In this document: in pieces, positions 28,698 to 39,783 of the stretch | How positions within the stretch are numbered: position 1 is the stretch's first letter | Layout: each line of letters starts with the position of its first letter | Assembly: GCA_038844785.1 (NCBI GenBank) | Contig: JAWBRA010000004.1 | Span: 12,225 to 76,224 of the forward strand | DNA: 64,000 nucleotides | Direction of reading: 5' to 3' | DNA from: Candidatus Caldarchaeum sp. | GTDB lineage: Archaea; Thermoproteota; Nitrososphaeria_A; Caldarchaeales; Caldarchaeaceae | Position numbers and translations under genes: made by a program | The notes under the pieces: generated by a model | Seen by the model: only the letters and a program-made list of their open reading frames with translations | The model's database searches: none | Told to the model about the DNA's origin: nothing

Positions 28698-29307
28698 GCA
28701 TGAGCACCAGTAACACAGCTGTGAGGAAGAAAGCCAGCGAGACCATCTGGACAAAATGAGCCACCAGATACAACAGGATCGATAAAGGCGTCAGCAAGAA
28801 GAGTAGATGGCTTACCAAAAGCAGCGAGAATGCTATCAAAACATAGCTCGAACGGTTTTCGCCAGAGACCTTTAGTAGCTGGTAAACGACGAACATCAGC
28901 ATGACGGCCGAAAGAGCTTCGAAGAGAGGGTTGTATATGAAAGATACTGGAGCCAGTAGAGCCGCTCCACTATTTTTCTTCAAAGGATAGGCTGCGTAAA
29001 GATAGAGAAACACAACGTAAGCGCTGAGCCTCACAACCGAGTAAACAAACTCCTGAACCTGAAGGAGTAGGAGTGGAAGTAAACGCAGCGGCGGTGTTGG
29101 GGTAGATGCCGTAAAAGCCCAGCTTACCAAGATGACACGAGCTATCATTGCCGCTGCCATCAGATAGAAACCGAGTGAAAAAAGAAAAAGAGACCTAGCT
29201 CCAACTCTACGCCATGCTAGGAAGGCTATAGACGCTATCATGAAGCTGAATACGAAGCTTACAGCCTCGAACACAATATCCAGTCTTAACAGTGTTGGAA
29301 CTATCAA
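28675..29307 (-). CDS. Multi-pass membrane protein (6-7 TM) of unknown function
   Basis: Hydrophobic segments throughout; internal two-fold repeat (FEAVS / FEALS). Confidence 0.8.
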   Translation of the reverse strand: MIVPTLLRLDIVFEAVSFVFSFMIASIAFLAWRRVGARSLFLFSLGFYLMAAAMIARVILVSWAFTASTPTPPLRLLPLLLLQVQEFVYSVVRLSAYVVFLYLYAAYPLKKNSGAALLAPVSFIYNPLFEALSAVMLMFVVYQLLKVSGENRSSYVLIAFSLLLVSHLLFLLTPLSILLYLVAHFVQMVSLAFFLTAVLLVLMHGERLSF

Positions 29308-29349
29308 CCCATGATCTTGAACTGCAAAGAAAATAAATAGGTGTGGGTT

Positions 29350-29841
29350 TTAGGCTGTGGGAGTTGAGAGGAGATTCTGGGGAAGAATGGCTGAAGCCTC
29401 GACACCAGTTGACAGGTCTGATATGCTTTTGAGTATGCGCGCTGTGGTGATGACTCCGCTTGGCCTGGTCACCGTTATGCTGAGAACAGTGGCTCTAATT
29501 CTGTCGCCTATGTTTAGGCTGTCGTCGGCGAAAAGCTTGAACCAAGTCTTTCTCTGTCCTTGCACTGTCCAGTGATGCGGCGCAGCCAGCCTTACCTCTC
29601 CGTTGTTTGTGTTGACAACCAAGTAGCCCCAGTCAGCGTCAACTATAACGCCTTCCACGGCATCCTCAGACGTTGTCACTCGGGTGTAGTTATGCCAAAA
29701 ACCACCGCCTCCCCTTCCCCATCCCCATCGATGTAGCGGGCCCATGGCATTGGAGGCTGCCAAAGCGTTGACAGCTGCTAACCCAGCCACCAACGCCGCC
29801 AAGGATGCCAGCAAAACCGTTGCAGCGACCATTCTTTTCAT
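29350..29841 (-). CDS. Secreted/surface protein with signal peptide, G/W-rich linker and beta-barrel-like domain
   Basis: MKRMVAATVLLASLAALVAGL, HRWGWGRGGGGFW, LNIGDRIRATV. Confidence 0.75.
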   Translation of the reverse strand: MKRMVAATVLLASLAALVAGLAAVNALAASNAMGPLHRWGWGRGGGGFWHNYTRVTTSEDAVEGVIVDADWGYLVVNTNNGEVRLAAPHHWTVQGQRKTWFKLFADDSLNIGDRIRATVLSITVTRPSGVITTARILKSISDLSTGVEASAILPQNLLSTPTA

Positions 29842-29896
29842 GACTCCCCAGTATGGGATGCCTGTTCTCAGCATATATATGCGATGTATGAAAGGT

Positions 29897-30160
29897 CTAT
29901 GCCAAACCTTTTCTAGAGATTTTCACACGCCAGAACCCATCATACCTGATAACGACGGAGTCCTAGCGGTTCGCAGACGAGAGTATGGAGGTCTTGGCTG
30001 TGGATTCAACGTCTGTTATTATCTCCGCAACATCATCTTGCCCCATCTTCTCCGAGAGCTTTCTCGTCTCAACCATGGAGTACGGACATATCCGACCCCG
30101 TGTATCCAGAGTGACGGATGGCTGCGTCTCGAGAAGTCAGCGCGAGTTCTGGGTGCGCAT
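29897..30160 (-). pseudogene. tusA: TusA/SirA-like sulfurtransferase pseudogene
   Basis: Single frame reads LDTRGRICPYSMVETRK...VAEIITD...DGFWRVKISRK with in-frame TGA and TAG; absent from the ORF track. Confidence 0.75.
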
Positions 30161-30184
30161 GATTTCGACACGCAATCCCCTTAC

Positions 30185-30557
30185 CTAAATGAATATTACG
30201 ATACCTCCGTTTTTCGCCGCGGGCAGGGCCTGTTTTAAGAACAAGCCTAGATCTTCCAAGCCTACGCCATCCTCAACAGTTTCTGCCGTTATGCCTTCTT
30301 TTGTAAGCACATCTCTTGATACAGCGCATGCAAAAACCTTGTCGCCAAGTTTTAAGGCGTCCCGCAAAACTTTGTCAAACGGCGGTAACCCGGCGGCTGT
30401 AAGTTGGCCGCCTTTCGGAGAATGTTCAAGGCCCTCTGGCTATAGTATATCTGTGCCTTCAAACCTATGGACGCAACACCCATCGCGAGCTGGAATGCTG
30501 GATAGACGCGCGGGGGCTCGTCGCTCACCAACACTGTGTGAGCCTCTACTGGCTCAT
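30185..30557 (-). pseudogene. DsrE/DsrF-like protein pseudogene
   Basis: Two frames (30352-30534 and 30185-30367) join near 30388: YPAFQLAMG...PFDKVLRDALKLG..VFACAVS...IVIFI. Confidence 0.7.
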
Positions 30558-30611
30558 TGCTTTAGGCTGGTATAAGCCCATGTTTATATTTAGAAAATTT
30601 TCGTTTGATGT

Positions 30612-31586
<975 letters not shown>

Positions 31587-33542
31587 TCACCCCCCGCTCC
31601 TCTTAACTATCCTAGGGCTGCCCCGAATCACTGCTTCCTTCAACCCGTCTCTCATCTCCGAGAAAGAGAAAGGCCTGCCGTTGTACTTGCATATTAGGTG
31701 GTCTACTTGATATCCTGTTCGGGCTCTCAGTAACGTGGCCAGCTGTCCCGTGTAGTTCTGCTCGACGCAGATGACTTTTCTGTATGAGGAGATTAGGTTT
31801 TGCATGAACCTTGTGGGGAACGGGTTTAGAACTTTTATCTGGGCGAAGGCGAACCTCAGCCCCTCAGTCTGAAGATACTCTAAAGCATCCAGTATAGCTC
31901 CCTTGGTGGACCCCCAGCTTATCACTAGGTATGGAGCGTCGTGGTCCCCGTATATGGCAACTCTCTCGCTGTCAGGGATTTCTGCATCAGCTATCTCAAT
32001 CTTTCTCATCCTCTTCTCCATCATTCTATCCCTGGTCGAAGGTTCTTCGCTTATGTGGCCGAACTCATCGTGCTCGTCGCCTGTGTTCCAGAAAATTCCG
32101 TTCTCAGTGCCTAAAACAGTGCGTGGTGATATGCCGTCCTCAGTAAATTTGAAACGTTTGTAGAGCCCGAGGGAGCTGTCCCAAGAGGTGAGTATCTTCC
32201 CACGGTCTATCAGGACTTTACTGGTGTCAAACACGTCGACTGTCATAGTGCTGTTCGCCAGAGCCTTGTCAAGGATGTGGATTACAGGTGTTTGATATCT
32301 TTCGGCGTAGTTGAACGCCTTTGCCACATCGTAGAAAGCTTCCTCTATGTCCCCCGAGGCCAAGACTATTCTGGGAAACTCTCCGTGTCCGCCGAAGATC
32401 GAGAAGAGTAGCTCTCCCTGCTCGTGTCTGGTCGGGAGACCTGTGCTCGGCCCGCCCCTTTGGTAGAGGGTGATGACTATAGGCACTTCATTCATCCCAG
32501 CCCATCCAATACCTTCAACCATGAGGTCGAACCCTGGACCAGAGGTTGCGGTGGAAGCTCGAACCCCAGCCAAGGCCGCTCCCGATATCATGTTTACAGC
32601 AGCTATTTCGTCCTCGCTCTGGACCACCACAATGGAGCCATGTCCGTTAAGAACCTCAGCCTCCTCGAGATGTGGAAACTCGTTCCTGAGGTTGAAAACT
32701 TGATGGTCCTCAAGGTAAACGCTTTCATCGGCTGCCGGCGTGATGGGGTAGTATGTCTGGAATCTACATCCAGCCACAATTTTTCCAAGAGCGACGGCGG
32801 AGGTTCCGGAGATAAACAGCATTGGTTTTTTCTGTAGTGGTTGGACACGGTATGGGAAGTCCGGTGGAAATGTTTTCTGAGCGAATTCCGTCGCTACCTC
32901 GGCGGCGGTTAGATTGTATTTCACCACTTTCGCCTTGGCTTTGAAAACCTGCGCCAGCGCCGTCTCAAGATGGGTCAACGGTATGTTAAGCAAATGGAGG
33001 GAAACACCAACGGCTATTGTGTTTGTCATTCTTGCGAGAGCGCTGAGCTGTTTCTCACCCGTCAGCCCGCCAACCTTCTTAAGAAGTTCCATGTACGGTA
33101 TTGGGTACAGTCTTACGCCGTTCCGACGCGCCACCTCCAAAACATCTCCAACTGTTTCACCCAGCTGTTCCCGTGTAAGTCTGGCTTGAACCCTTTCGAG
33201 AACGTTTTTCTCCAAAGTGGGGATTGAAGTTATTTTCTCGTTGACGGCCATCGAATCATAGATTATGCCGCCACCCCCAACCACCTCCCACGCATGCCTT
33301 ATGATGGTTTCAGAGTCGAATGTGGCTAGAAGATGAACCTCATCCATGTGAGATCGAACCGGTTTGTCGGAGATGACGACGGAAAAATAGCTATGCTCAC
33401 CTTTTATGTTTGAGTAATATTCTCTTTTTCCGAAAACATACAGGCCGTAGATGGCTGCTGCTCGGGCGAATACGTTCGCGGACGAGTCCACACCGGAGCC
33501 CTGCGCACCTCCTATCATCCAAGAAATTTTTGTATTAGCCAT
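31587..33542 (-). CDS. 2-oxoacid:ferredoxin oxidoreductase alpha subunit (gamma-alpha fusion)
   Basis: GGAQGSG, YYPITPA, EDEIAA, TSGPG, RGGPSTGLPT. Confidence 0.95.
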   Translation of the reverse strand: MANTKISWMIGGAQGSGVDSSANVFARAAAIYGLYVFGKREYYSNIKGEHSYFSVVISDKPVRSHMDEVHLLATFDSETIIRHAWEVVGGGGIIYDSMAVNEKITSIPTLEKNVLERVQARLTREQLGETVGDVLEVARRNGVRLYPIPYMELLKKVGGLTGEKQLSALARMTNTIAVGVSLHLLNIPLTHLETALAQVFKAKAKVVKYNLTAAEVATEFAQKTFPPDFPYRVQPLQKKPMLFISGTSAVALGKIVAGCRFQTYYPITPAADESVYLEDHQVFNLRNEFPHLEEAEVLNGHGSIVVVQSEDEIAAVNMISGAALAGVRASTATSGPGFDLMVEGIGWAGMNEVPIVITLYQRGGPSTGLPTRHEQGELLFSIFGGHGEFPRIVLASGDIEEAFYDVAKAFNYAERYQTPVIHILDKALANSTMTVDVFDTSKVLIDRGKILTSWDSSLGLYKRFKFTEDGISPRTVLGTENGIFWNTGDEHDEFGHISEEPSTRDRMMEKRMRKIEIADAEIPDSERVAIYGDHDAPYLVISWGSTKGAILDALEYLQTEGLRFAFAQIKVLNPFPTRFMQNLISSYRKVICVEQNYTGQLATLLRARTGYQVDHLICKYNGRPFSFSEMRDGLKEAVIRGSPRIVKRSGG

Positions 33543-33606
33543 TCTTGGCCTATGGGAATCGTTGCTTTATTTAACTGTGTTTAAAAAACAAAGAATTTTA
33601 GTCTTG

Positions 33607-34185
33607 TCACTCCACCTTGATTCTCTCGCCCTTAGGTTTGGTGGTTTCCTTCTTAGGAAGGGTAACGCTGAGAACTCCGTTGTTGTATTCGGCTTTAACC
33701 CCCGTGCTCTCAACTTCAGCGGGCAGCTCCAACTCCTTGTAGTATTTTCTCTCAGCCGTGTCAACCCTTATCGTAAGCCTCCTATCCTCAAGCAATAGCT
33801 CAATATCCTCCTTCCTAACTCCAGGCAGTTCCGCAACAACCTTAACAGTCTTGTCCTCGTCTATAATGTCTACCAATGGCTCTCGCTCCGCCCTGACTTC
33901 AACCCCTTTAGGCAGGGCAGAAGGCAGTATGTTTCCGAACTGTCTGAACACAGGTTTTCCGTCGGGGCCTATAGTGATGGAGTAACCGTACACAAAAGGC
34001 CCGTACTGTCTTCTCACACCTGTTGGTGTTCTGGTCTCTCTCACCAGCTCTCTCGGTATGTAGTCCATCATCCTTCTCAGCTCCTCCATAAACTCCCTCT
34101 GCATTTCCTCTATCATAGACTCGAACTCTTCAAAGAAGCTTGCCGGCCTTCTTTTCCTTCTGCTAAACCACCATTCGTCTGACAT
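33607..34185 (-). CDS. hsp20: Small heat-shock protein Hsp20
   Basis: GPFVYGYSITIGPDGKP, EPLVD, AELPGV, YNNGVL. Confidence 0.95.
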   Translation of the reverse strand: MSDEWWFSRRKRRPASFFEEFESMIEEMQREFMEELRRMMDYIPRELVRETRTPTGVRRQYGPFVYGYSITIGPDGKPVFRQFGNILPSALPKGVEVRAEREPLVDIIDEDKTVKVVAELPGVRKEDIELLLEDRRLTIRVDTAERKYYKELELPAEVESTGVKAEYNNGVLSVTLPKKETTKPKGERIKVE

Positions 34186-34224
34186 CGGTTATACTAGCGT
34201 AAAAGTTGTATAAAACGTTTAACG

Positions 34225-35391
34225 GTGAACAAAGTGATGACGGATTTCTTTCAAGTCTTCACCACGACGCTAGCCTTGTTGTTTGTCATCGTATGGGCAG
34301 CTATATTTTGGGCAAAGCTTAGGATATCTCGTGTGGTTGAAAAAATCTGCCGCTATCCATCTGAGCCTGTACAAGACAAAGTTTCTATAATCATACCCGT
34401 GAGAAACGAGGAGAAGACGATCAAAAAATGTATTGAATCGCTGTTGTCCCAGAAGGGTTTTTCGAAAGAGATTATAGTTGTTGACGACAATTCGACAGAC
34501 TCGACATGGGAGGTGGCTAAAACATTCATTGCTGAGGGTGTCAAACTAGTTAGAGTTGGTGACCTGCCTGCTGGATGGGTTGGAAAAACATGGGCCTGCA
34601 ACGTCGGGTATGAAAACTCAACAGGTGAATGGCTTCTTTTCACCGATGCGGATACAGAGTTTTCCGATGATGTGGTGGTACGGGCCTTAAATGCTGCGAA
34701 AAGCTTGAGCGTCGACATGCTCACGTTTTATCCACGTTTAAGGTTCAGCAGTCTTCTCCACAAGACAGTGATGCCCATACTTTTGACCGGGTTGTACTTT
34801 ACGGGTAGGCCGCATGTTTTTTCAAAAGGGAGGTCGGCCTTCGCTTTCGGCAGCTTTATGCTCATAAGAAGACAGGGTTACGAGAGGATAGGAGGGCATT
34901 CAGCGGTCAGAAACGCTGTCCTAGAAGACCGGGCTATAGCTGTTAGGGCTATGAAAACCGGGCTGCGTGCATACTTTATCGACGCTACTGAAAAGCTTAC
35001 TACTTCATGGAACGATGACTCCAGATCGTTGTGGAACGGTATGTTAAGGCTCTTCATACCTCTGTTTCTTAATGCAGATTTGAAGCAGTTTCTGGTCTAC
35101 TTTTCTCTGGCCGCAGCATGCTTTACGATTCCGTTGTCCGTTTTCCTGATGGGAAACTATTTGGCTGGGTTTGTCAGCTATGCTGCGGCTGTGCTGGTTC
35201 TCGGCCATGAAGCAAGACATCATTCGGCATCTGTCTGCCATGGTTTGCTCTGGCCACTGGGTGTAGCTGCTGTGGCGGCGGCCTTGCTAGTCGCATTCTA
35301 TAAGTCGAGGACGAGACCCACGGTTAGCTGGCGAGGTAGAAAATACTTTGTAGAAATGGGCGAGCTCCACGAGGTTGCTACCGTTTGCTGA
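34225..35391 (+). CDS. GT2-family membrane glycosyltransferase (CrtQ/HpnB-like)
   Basis: IIPVRNEE, VDDNSTD, GWVGK, FTDAD, LEDR, WRGR; flanking TM helices. Confidence 0.88.
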   Translation: MNKVMTDFFQVFTTTLALLFVIVWAAIFWAKLRISRVVEKICRYPSEPVQDKVSIIIPVRNEEKTIKKCIESLLSQKGFSKEIIVVDDNSTDSTWEVAKTFIAEGVKLVRVGDLPAGWVGKTWACNVGYENSTGEWLLFTDADTEFSDDVVVRALNAAKSLSVDMLTFYPRLRFSSLLHKTVMPILLTGLYFTGRPHVFSKGRSAFAFGSFMLIRRQGYERIGGHSAVRNAVLEDRAIAVRAMKTGLRAYFIDATEKLTTSWNDDSRSLWNGMLRLFIPLFLNADLKQFLVYFSLAAACFTIPLSVFLMGNYLAGFVSYAAAVLVLGHEARHHSASVCHGLLWPLGVAAVAAALLVAFYKSRTRPTVSWRGRKYFVEMGELHEVATVC

Positions 35392-36515
35392 AGTAAATAA
35401 TGCTTTCACGAGTCTCACCTATTTTCACTACTCTTCTGGTTGTGGCAGCCCTTTTACTAACAGCCACTATCCTGTCTACGGTCAACCCGACATCCTCAGC
35501 GATTTTAGCTGTCTCAACATCTGTTTCCACAACTTTGTCGGGAAAAACTCCTCCCCCGACGACCATCACACCCTTTCCCCCCGGTTTGAGAACCCTGTTG
35601 ATTTCAGCCAACGCCCTCTTCATGTCCTCGAAATAAAGAAAGGCCGCTGGAGGAAGGTCTCCGGAATACTCTGAATAGTTGATTTCTCTAGGCCTGACCC
35701 CTATGTAGGAACGCATGGATGGATGGCCTTCCCCCGAAAAGAAAAGCTCGTATTCGGGCCAGTAGCACTTGGTATACTCGATTTTGTTAAGATAGGGAGG
35801 TGAAGTGATTACGGCGTCAACTGTCTCATCCTCTAAGAAGCTTAAATCTCTGGCATCCCCTAACCTGACCTCCGCCGTCACATTCTTCAGAGGCATAGCT
35901 TCCACGTCTTTTATCATCATGTTGCACACCCTTCTCAAGGCCTTTCTCAACGACGGTATTCTAGGCTTGTCCCTCACCACTTTGACCACGGCCCCATCCC
36001 TATAGATGTAGGATGATCTTTCGGCGGCGGTGATTAAGGCTAGGGTGAAAAACCTTCGGTATTTTTCGTCCTCCACAGTCTGAAGCACTTTTTTGAAGAA
36101 AAAGATGTCTTCGAGGACGGGTTTTGGGAAAAGTTTTTTCAGAAAAGGCTGAACGACATATTTCTGCGGCTGAAACCTTTCACCAAGTATCCTGTCCCTT
36201 AGACTCCTGAGCAGGGCTACGTTGTAGTCCTGGATTTTGACGTCAGCTATGAATTGGAAGAGGGGTGAAACCTCCACCCCCACAGAAGGAATTCCAACCT
36301 CACGGCAGGCCAGGCATGTTGTTCCAACACCCACGAACGGGTCCAAGACTATGTGTTTCTCTGAAAGGTTAAGCTGGGAGATAATTAGTTTGACGAAGGT
36401 GTGCGAAAAACCTTCTTTAAAGAAAAAACCATCTATGACGAGGTATGTTTCTGTTGGGCTTGAAGGTCACCAGAACGCCTAGATCATAACGTTCTTCAAC
36501 CGTGAAAACTTTCAC
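35378..36515 (-). CDS. Amino-DNA methyltransferase (N4-C type, SPPY) interrupted by a +1 frameshift near its N-terminus
   Basis: Motif I DPFVGVGTT, motif IV ITSPPY; GTG 36515 frame reads ...HRWFFL-stop and the +1 frame continues KEGFS...VLDPF. Confidence 0.82.
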
Positions 36516-37018
36516 CGGAATTCACCGGGCTTTATTATTGCTTTTACGAAAAGATGGAGGTCTGAGGGGCCTCTGGACGTTATCAGGTTTCGGTCGACTA
36601 CGACAGGTTTGTCGACGTATTTTGCTCCAGCGTTTTCAACATCGTCTTTTATCGCGGCTGCACATGTAGCCGTATAGCCTTTGAGTGTTTTAGCAGATAT
36701 AAGAAGCTGAGGACCGTGGCATATTGCTGCAACAGTTTTGCCTGCGTTGAAAAACTTCGCGACAAAGTCGACAACTTTTCTGTTTCTACGCAGCCGGTCA
36801 GGCGCCCAGCCGCCGGGTATGACCAAAACATCGAAGTCATCTGGCTTCACCTCATCGATTGACTTTTCAGCTTCAACGTTTATGCCGTTCTTCCCTGTGT
36901 AAACGGTCTTTTCAGGCCCAACCACGGTCACCTCGTACCCCTCCTCCTTCAACCTGATCAGCGGATAGTAAAGTTCCAAGTCTTCAAACTCGGGACCGGC
37001 AAGGATACAGGCTTTCAA
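36512..37018 (-). CDS. pfpI: PfpI/DJ-1 family deglycase/protease
   Basis: FEDLEL, IPGGWAPD, AICHGP, ITSRGP. Confidence 0.93.
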   Translation of the reverse strand: MKACILAGPEFEDLELYYPLIRLKEEGYEVTVVGPEKTVYTGKNGINVEAEKSIDEVKPDDFDVLVIPGGWAPDRLRRNRKVVDFVAKFFNAGKTVAAICHGPQLLISAKTLKGYTATCAAAIKDDVENAGAKYVDKPVVVDRNLITSRGPSDLHLFVKAIIKPGEFR

Positions 37019-37115
37019 CCCGTAGACCTTGATGTTCGCCTAGCTTTAATGGTTTAACCTATGCTTTACGCTAGCTTGCTGCATACTTATATTTACGGAA
37101 TCCGTTGTCTGCTAC

Positions 37116-37421
37116 ATGCCATCAGTCGAGCAAGTGATGGAGGCGTTGAAAAACTGCTACGACCCTGAGATTCCAGTCAATATCGTCGACCTTGGGCTAG
37201 TATACGACGTCAAGATAGTTGACGACAAAACTGTCTATGTAAAGATGACTTTGACCGCGCCCGGCTGTCCTGTGGGAGCGTTTGTAGCAGAGCAGGTGAG
37301 GGAGGCTGTCATGACGCTCGTAGAAGGGGTTGAGAAAGTTGACGTTGAAATAGTGTTCGACCCGCCTTGGACTCCTGACAGAATGAGCGAGGAAGCCAAG
37401 GCTATTCTCGGGTTCGTCTAA
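37116..37421 (+). CDS. DUF59/SufT-like Fe-S cluster assembly protein
   Basis: DPEIPVNIVDLGLVY, TLTAPGCP, PPW. Confidence 0.93.
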   Translation: MPSVEQVMEALKNCYDPEIPVNIVDLGLVYDVKIVDDKTVYVKMTLTAPGCPVGAFVAEQVREAVMTLVEGVEKVDVEIVFDPPWTPDRMSEEAKAILGFV

Positions 37422-37455
37422 ATCTTAAATTGTTCGTCTAAACCGTTCAAAAAGG

Positions 37456-39783
37456 ATGAAGCTTAAGCCCCTCATCGAAGAGAAAGCATGGAACCCTAGC
37501 CTAGAAAAAGACATATTCAAAACTTGGGAAGAGACGGATATTTACAGGTTTAACAGCAAATCTCGGAAGAAAAAGTTCGTCATAGACACGCCTCCTCCAT
37601 ATCCGTCGGGTAGGCCCTGGCATATAGGCGCTGCAGCACAGTACAGCCAAATAGACATGATAGCGAGGACGGCGAGGATGAGCGGCTACATGACGCTGTT
37701 CCCGATAGGGATTGACAGGAATGGGTTGCCTGTGGAGATGTACACCGAGAAAGAGTACGGCATATCACTACGCTCTACACCTCGTGAAAAATTCATCGAG
37801 CTCTGCGCAAAATCTCTCGACGAGCTCGAAGATGAAATGATAGCTATAATGAAGAGGATGGGGTTGAGCGGCGACTTCAAACACCGCTACAGAACTGATT
37901 CGCCGGAGTTCAGGAGGTTGACGCAAGCTACTTTCGCAAAGCTTTGGAAGAAAGGCTTGGTTTACAAAGCGACGCGGCCAAACAACTACTGCCATGTATG
38001 CGGGACGACTATAGCTGACGCAGAGGTGGAGCATGAACCTTTACCAGCCAAACTCCACCATATAAAGTTCGGTCTTGAAGACGGGGACGAATTAGTCATA
38101 GCTACTACGAGGCCTGAGCTAATAGCCTCCTGCAGGGCGGTGGTCGTAAACCCCGATGACGGAAGGTATTCCGGTCTACATGGAGCGAGCGTCATAACAC
38201 CCATATATGGAGAAAAAGTACCCATAATTCCACGGCCTGAAGCCAGGCCTGAATTCGGAACAGGAGCTGTAATGGTCTGCAGCTACGGCGACTACATGGA
38301 CGTCAGGTTGTTCAGAGAGCTGAAGCTAGAGGAGAAGATAGTCATAGGCCTTGACGGAAGGATGAATGAAAAAGCAGGTTTCCTAGCAGGCCTCACGGTG
38401 GAGGAGGCGCGTTCTAGGATTGTTGAGAGGCTTGGGGAGGAGGGTCTCCTGGTGAAATCTGAGGAAATCATACACATGACACCCGTCTGCGAAAGGAGCA
38501 AAAACCCGATAGAAATAATCCCCATGGATGAGTACTATCTTAAACAGCTTGATTTCGCCGAAGACCTTAAAAAAATGGCGTATAAGACGGAGTTTCTACC
38601 TGATGGGTCCCGGCAGCTCCTTATCAACTGGATAAACTCCCTCACCATCGACTGGCCTATCTCAAGACGTAGATATTATGCAACCGAGATACCTGTATGG
38701 TACTGTGTGAAATGTGGCGAACCTTATGTTGCTGACGACGGCAAATATCACAGGCCATGGGCTGAGAAACCGCCGATAGATGCTTGTCCGAAATGCGGCT
38801 TCAATGAATTTGTAGGCGACGATAGAACCTTCGACACCTGGATGGACTCAAGCATCACCCCGCTTTTCATAATAAGCGATAGGAAAACAGGGAAGATCTC
38901 TTGGAACCTTTACCCAGTAACAATAAGGCCTCAAGGCAAGGACATCGTTAGAACATGGCTGTACTACACCATGCTACGCTGCTATCAGCTGACTGGAAGA
39001 CCGCCTTTTAAGAAGGTTTGGCTGGGAGGACTAGGTTTAGACGAACATGGTGAAAAAATGAGCAAAAGCCGCGGGAACGTCATAGACCCAATACCTATTC
39101 TGGAGAAGTATGGAGCGGACTGTTTTAGGTTCTGGTCAGCCCAAGAGGCAAGCCTGGGTGAAAACTTCAGGATCTCCGAGGCGCGGATCGCAGGTGCCGG
39201 AAAGTTTCTGTCGAAGATTTGGAATATCGGAAGGTATGTTTCCATGTTCGCTAGACCGAGAAGAGCTTTTCTACAACCTTCTGACAAGTGGATTCTCTCT
39301 GAACTTTCAAGAACCGTGGACATCTGCTTAAAAGGTTATCGCGAGTTCAACTTCTTCATACCCGCAAACGAGGTGAGAAGATTTGTCTGGAACATCTTTG
39401 CACCACATTACATCGAGATGTCTAAGCCTCGGGCCTACGGGTTAGGCTTCACCCTTGCCGAGCAGAAGGCAGCAGCATACACCCTCCACACAGTCTTCAA
39501 AACAATTCTCCTACTTCTCGCCCCGATAACACCATTCATCACAGAATATCTTTGGCTCAAGCTCTACGGCAAGAAAAGCATACACTTAGAAACTTTTCCA
39601 AAACGGCTATGGCGGAGGGATTTCGCAAGATACACCGAGAGGATTATGGAGTTCAACTCTAAGGTTTGGGCTTATAAAAAGAGTCACGGTCTTTCTCTCA
39701 AGGATGAGGTTAGTTTGGAGGTTCCTCCGGCGCTCAAACTATTTGAGAAGGATTTGAAAGCGATGCATAGGTTGAAAGGTTGA
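37456..39783 (+). CDS. valS: Valyl-tRNA synthetase
   Basis: DTPPPYPSG, HIGA, ATTRPE, GTGAVM, DWPISRRR, DTWMDSS, KMSKS. Confidence 0.93.
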   Translation: MKLKPLIEEKAWNPSLEKDIFKTWEETDIYRFNSKSRKKKFVIDTPPPYPSGRPWHIGAAAQYSQIDMIARTARMSGYMTLFPIGIDRNGLPVEMYTEKEYGISLRSTPREKFIELCAKSLDELEDEMIAIMKRMGLSGDFKHRYRTDSPEFRRLTQATFAKLWKKGLVYKATRPNNYCHVCGTTIADAEVEHEPLPAKLHHIKFGLEDGDELVIATTRPELIASCRAVVVNPDDGRYSGLHGASVITPIYGEKVPIIPRPEARPEFGTGAVMVCSYGDYMDVRLFRELKLEEKIVIGLDGRMNEKAGFLAGLTVEEARSRIVERLGEEGLLVKSEEIIHMTPVCERSKNPIEIIPMDEYYLKQLDFAEDLKKMAYKTEFLPDGSRQLLINWINSLTIDWPISRRRYYATEIPVWYCVKCGEPYVADDGKYHRPWAEKPPIDACPKCGFNEFVGDDRTFDTWMDSSITPLFIISDRKTGKISWNLYPVTIRPQGKDIVRTWLYYTMLRCYQLTGRPPFKKVWLGGLGLDEHGEKMSKSRGNVIDPIPILEKYGADCFRFWSAQEASLGENFRISEARIAGAGKFLSKIWNIGRYVSMFARPRRAFLQPSDKWILSELSRTVDICLKGYREFNFFIPANEVRRFVWNIFAPHYIEMSKPRAYGLGFTLAEQKAAAYTLHTVFKTILLLLAPITPFITEYLWLKLYGKKSIHLETFPKRLWRRDFARYTERIMEFNSKVWAYKKSHGLSLKDEVSLEVPPALKLFEKDLKAMHRLKG

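Noticed and set aside
29897-30160. Selenocysteine or pyrrolysine readthrough in the TusA-like frame
   Set aside because: The stops are of two kinds and not at the catalytic Cys, CPxP is degraded, and the neighbouring gene is also broken
29744-30238. 164-aa plus-strand ORF
   Set aside because: Antisense to the secreted protein and the TusA relic, with no recognisable motif
35378-36515. Complete restriction-modification system
   Set aside because: No adjacent endonuclease; the neighbours are pfpI and a glycosyltransferase
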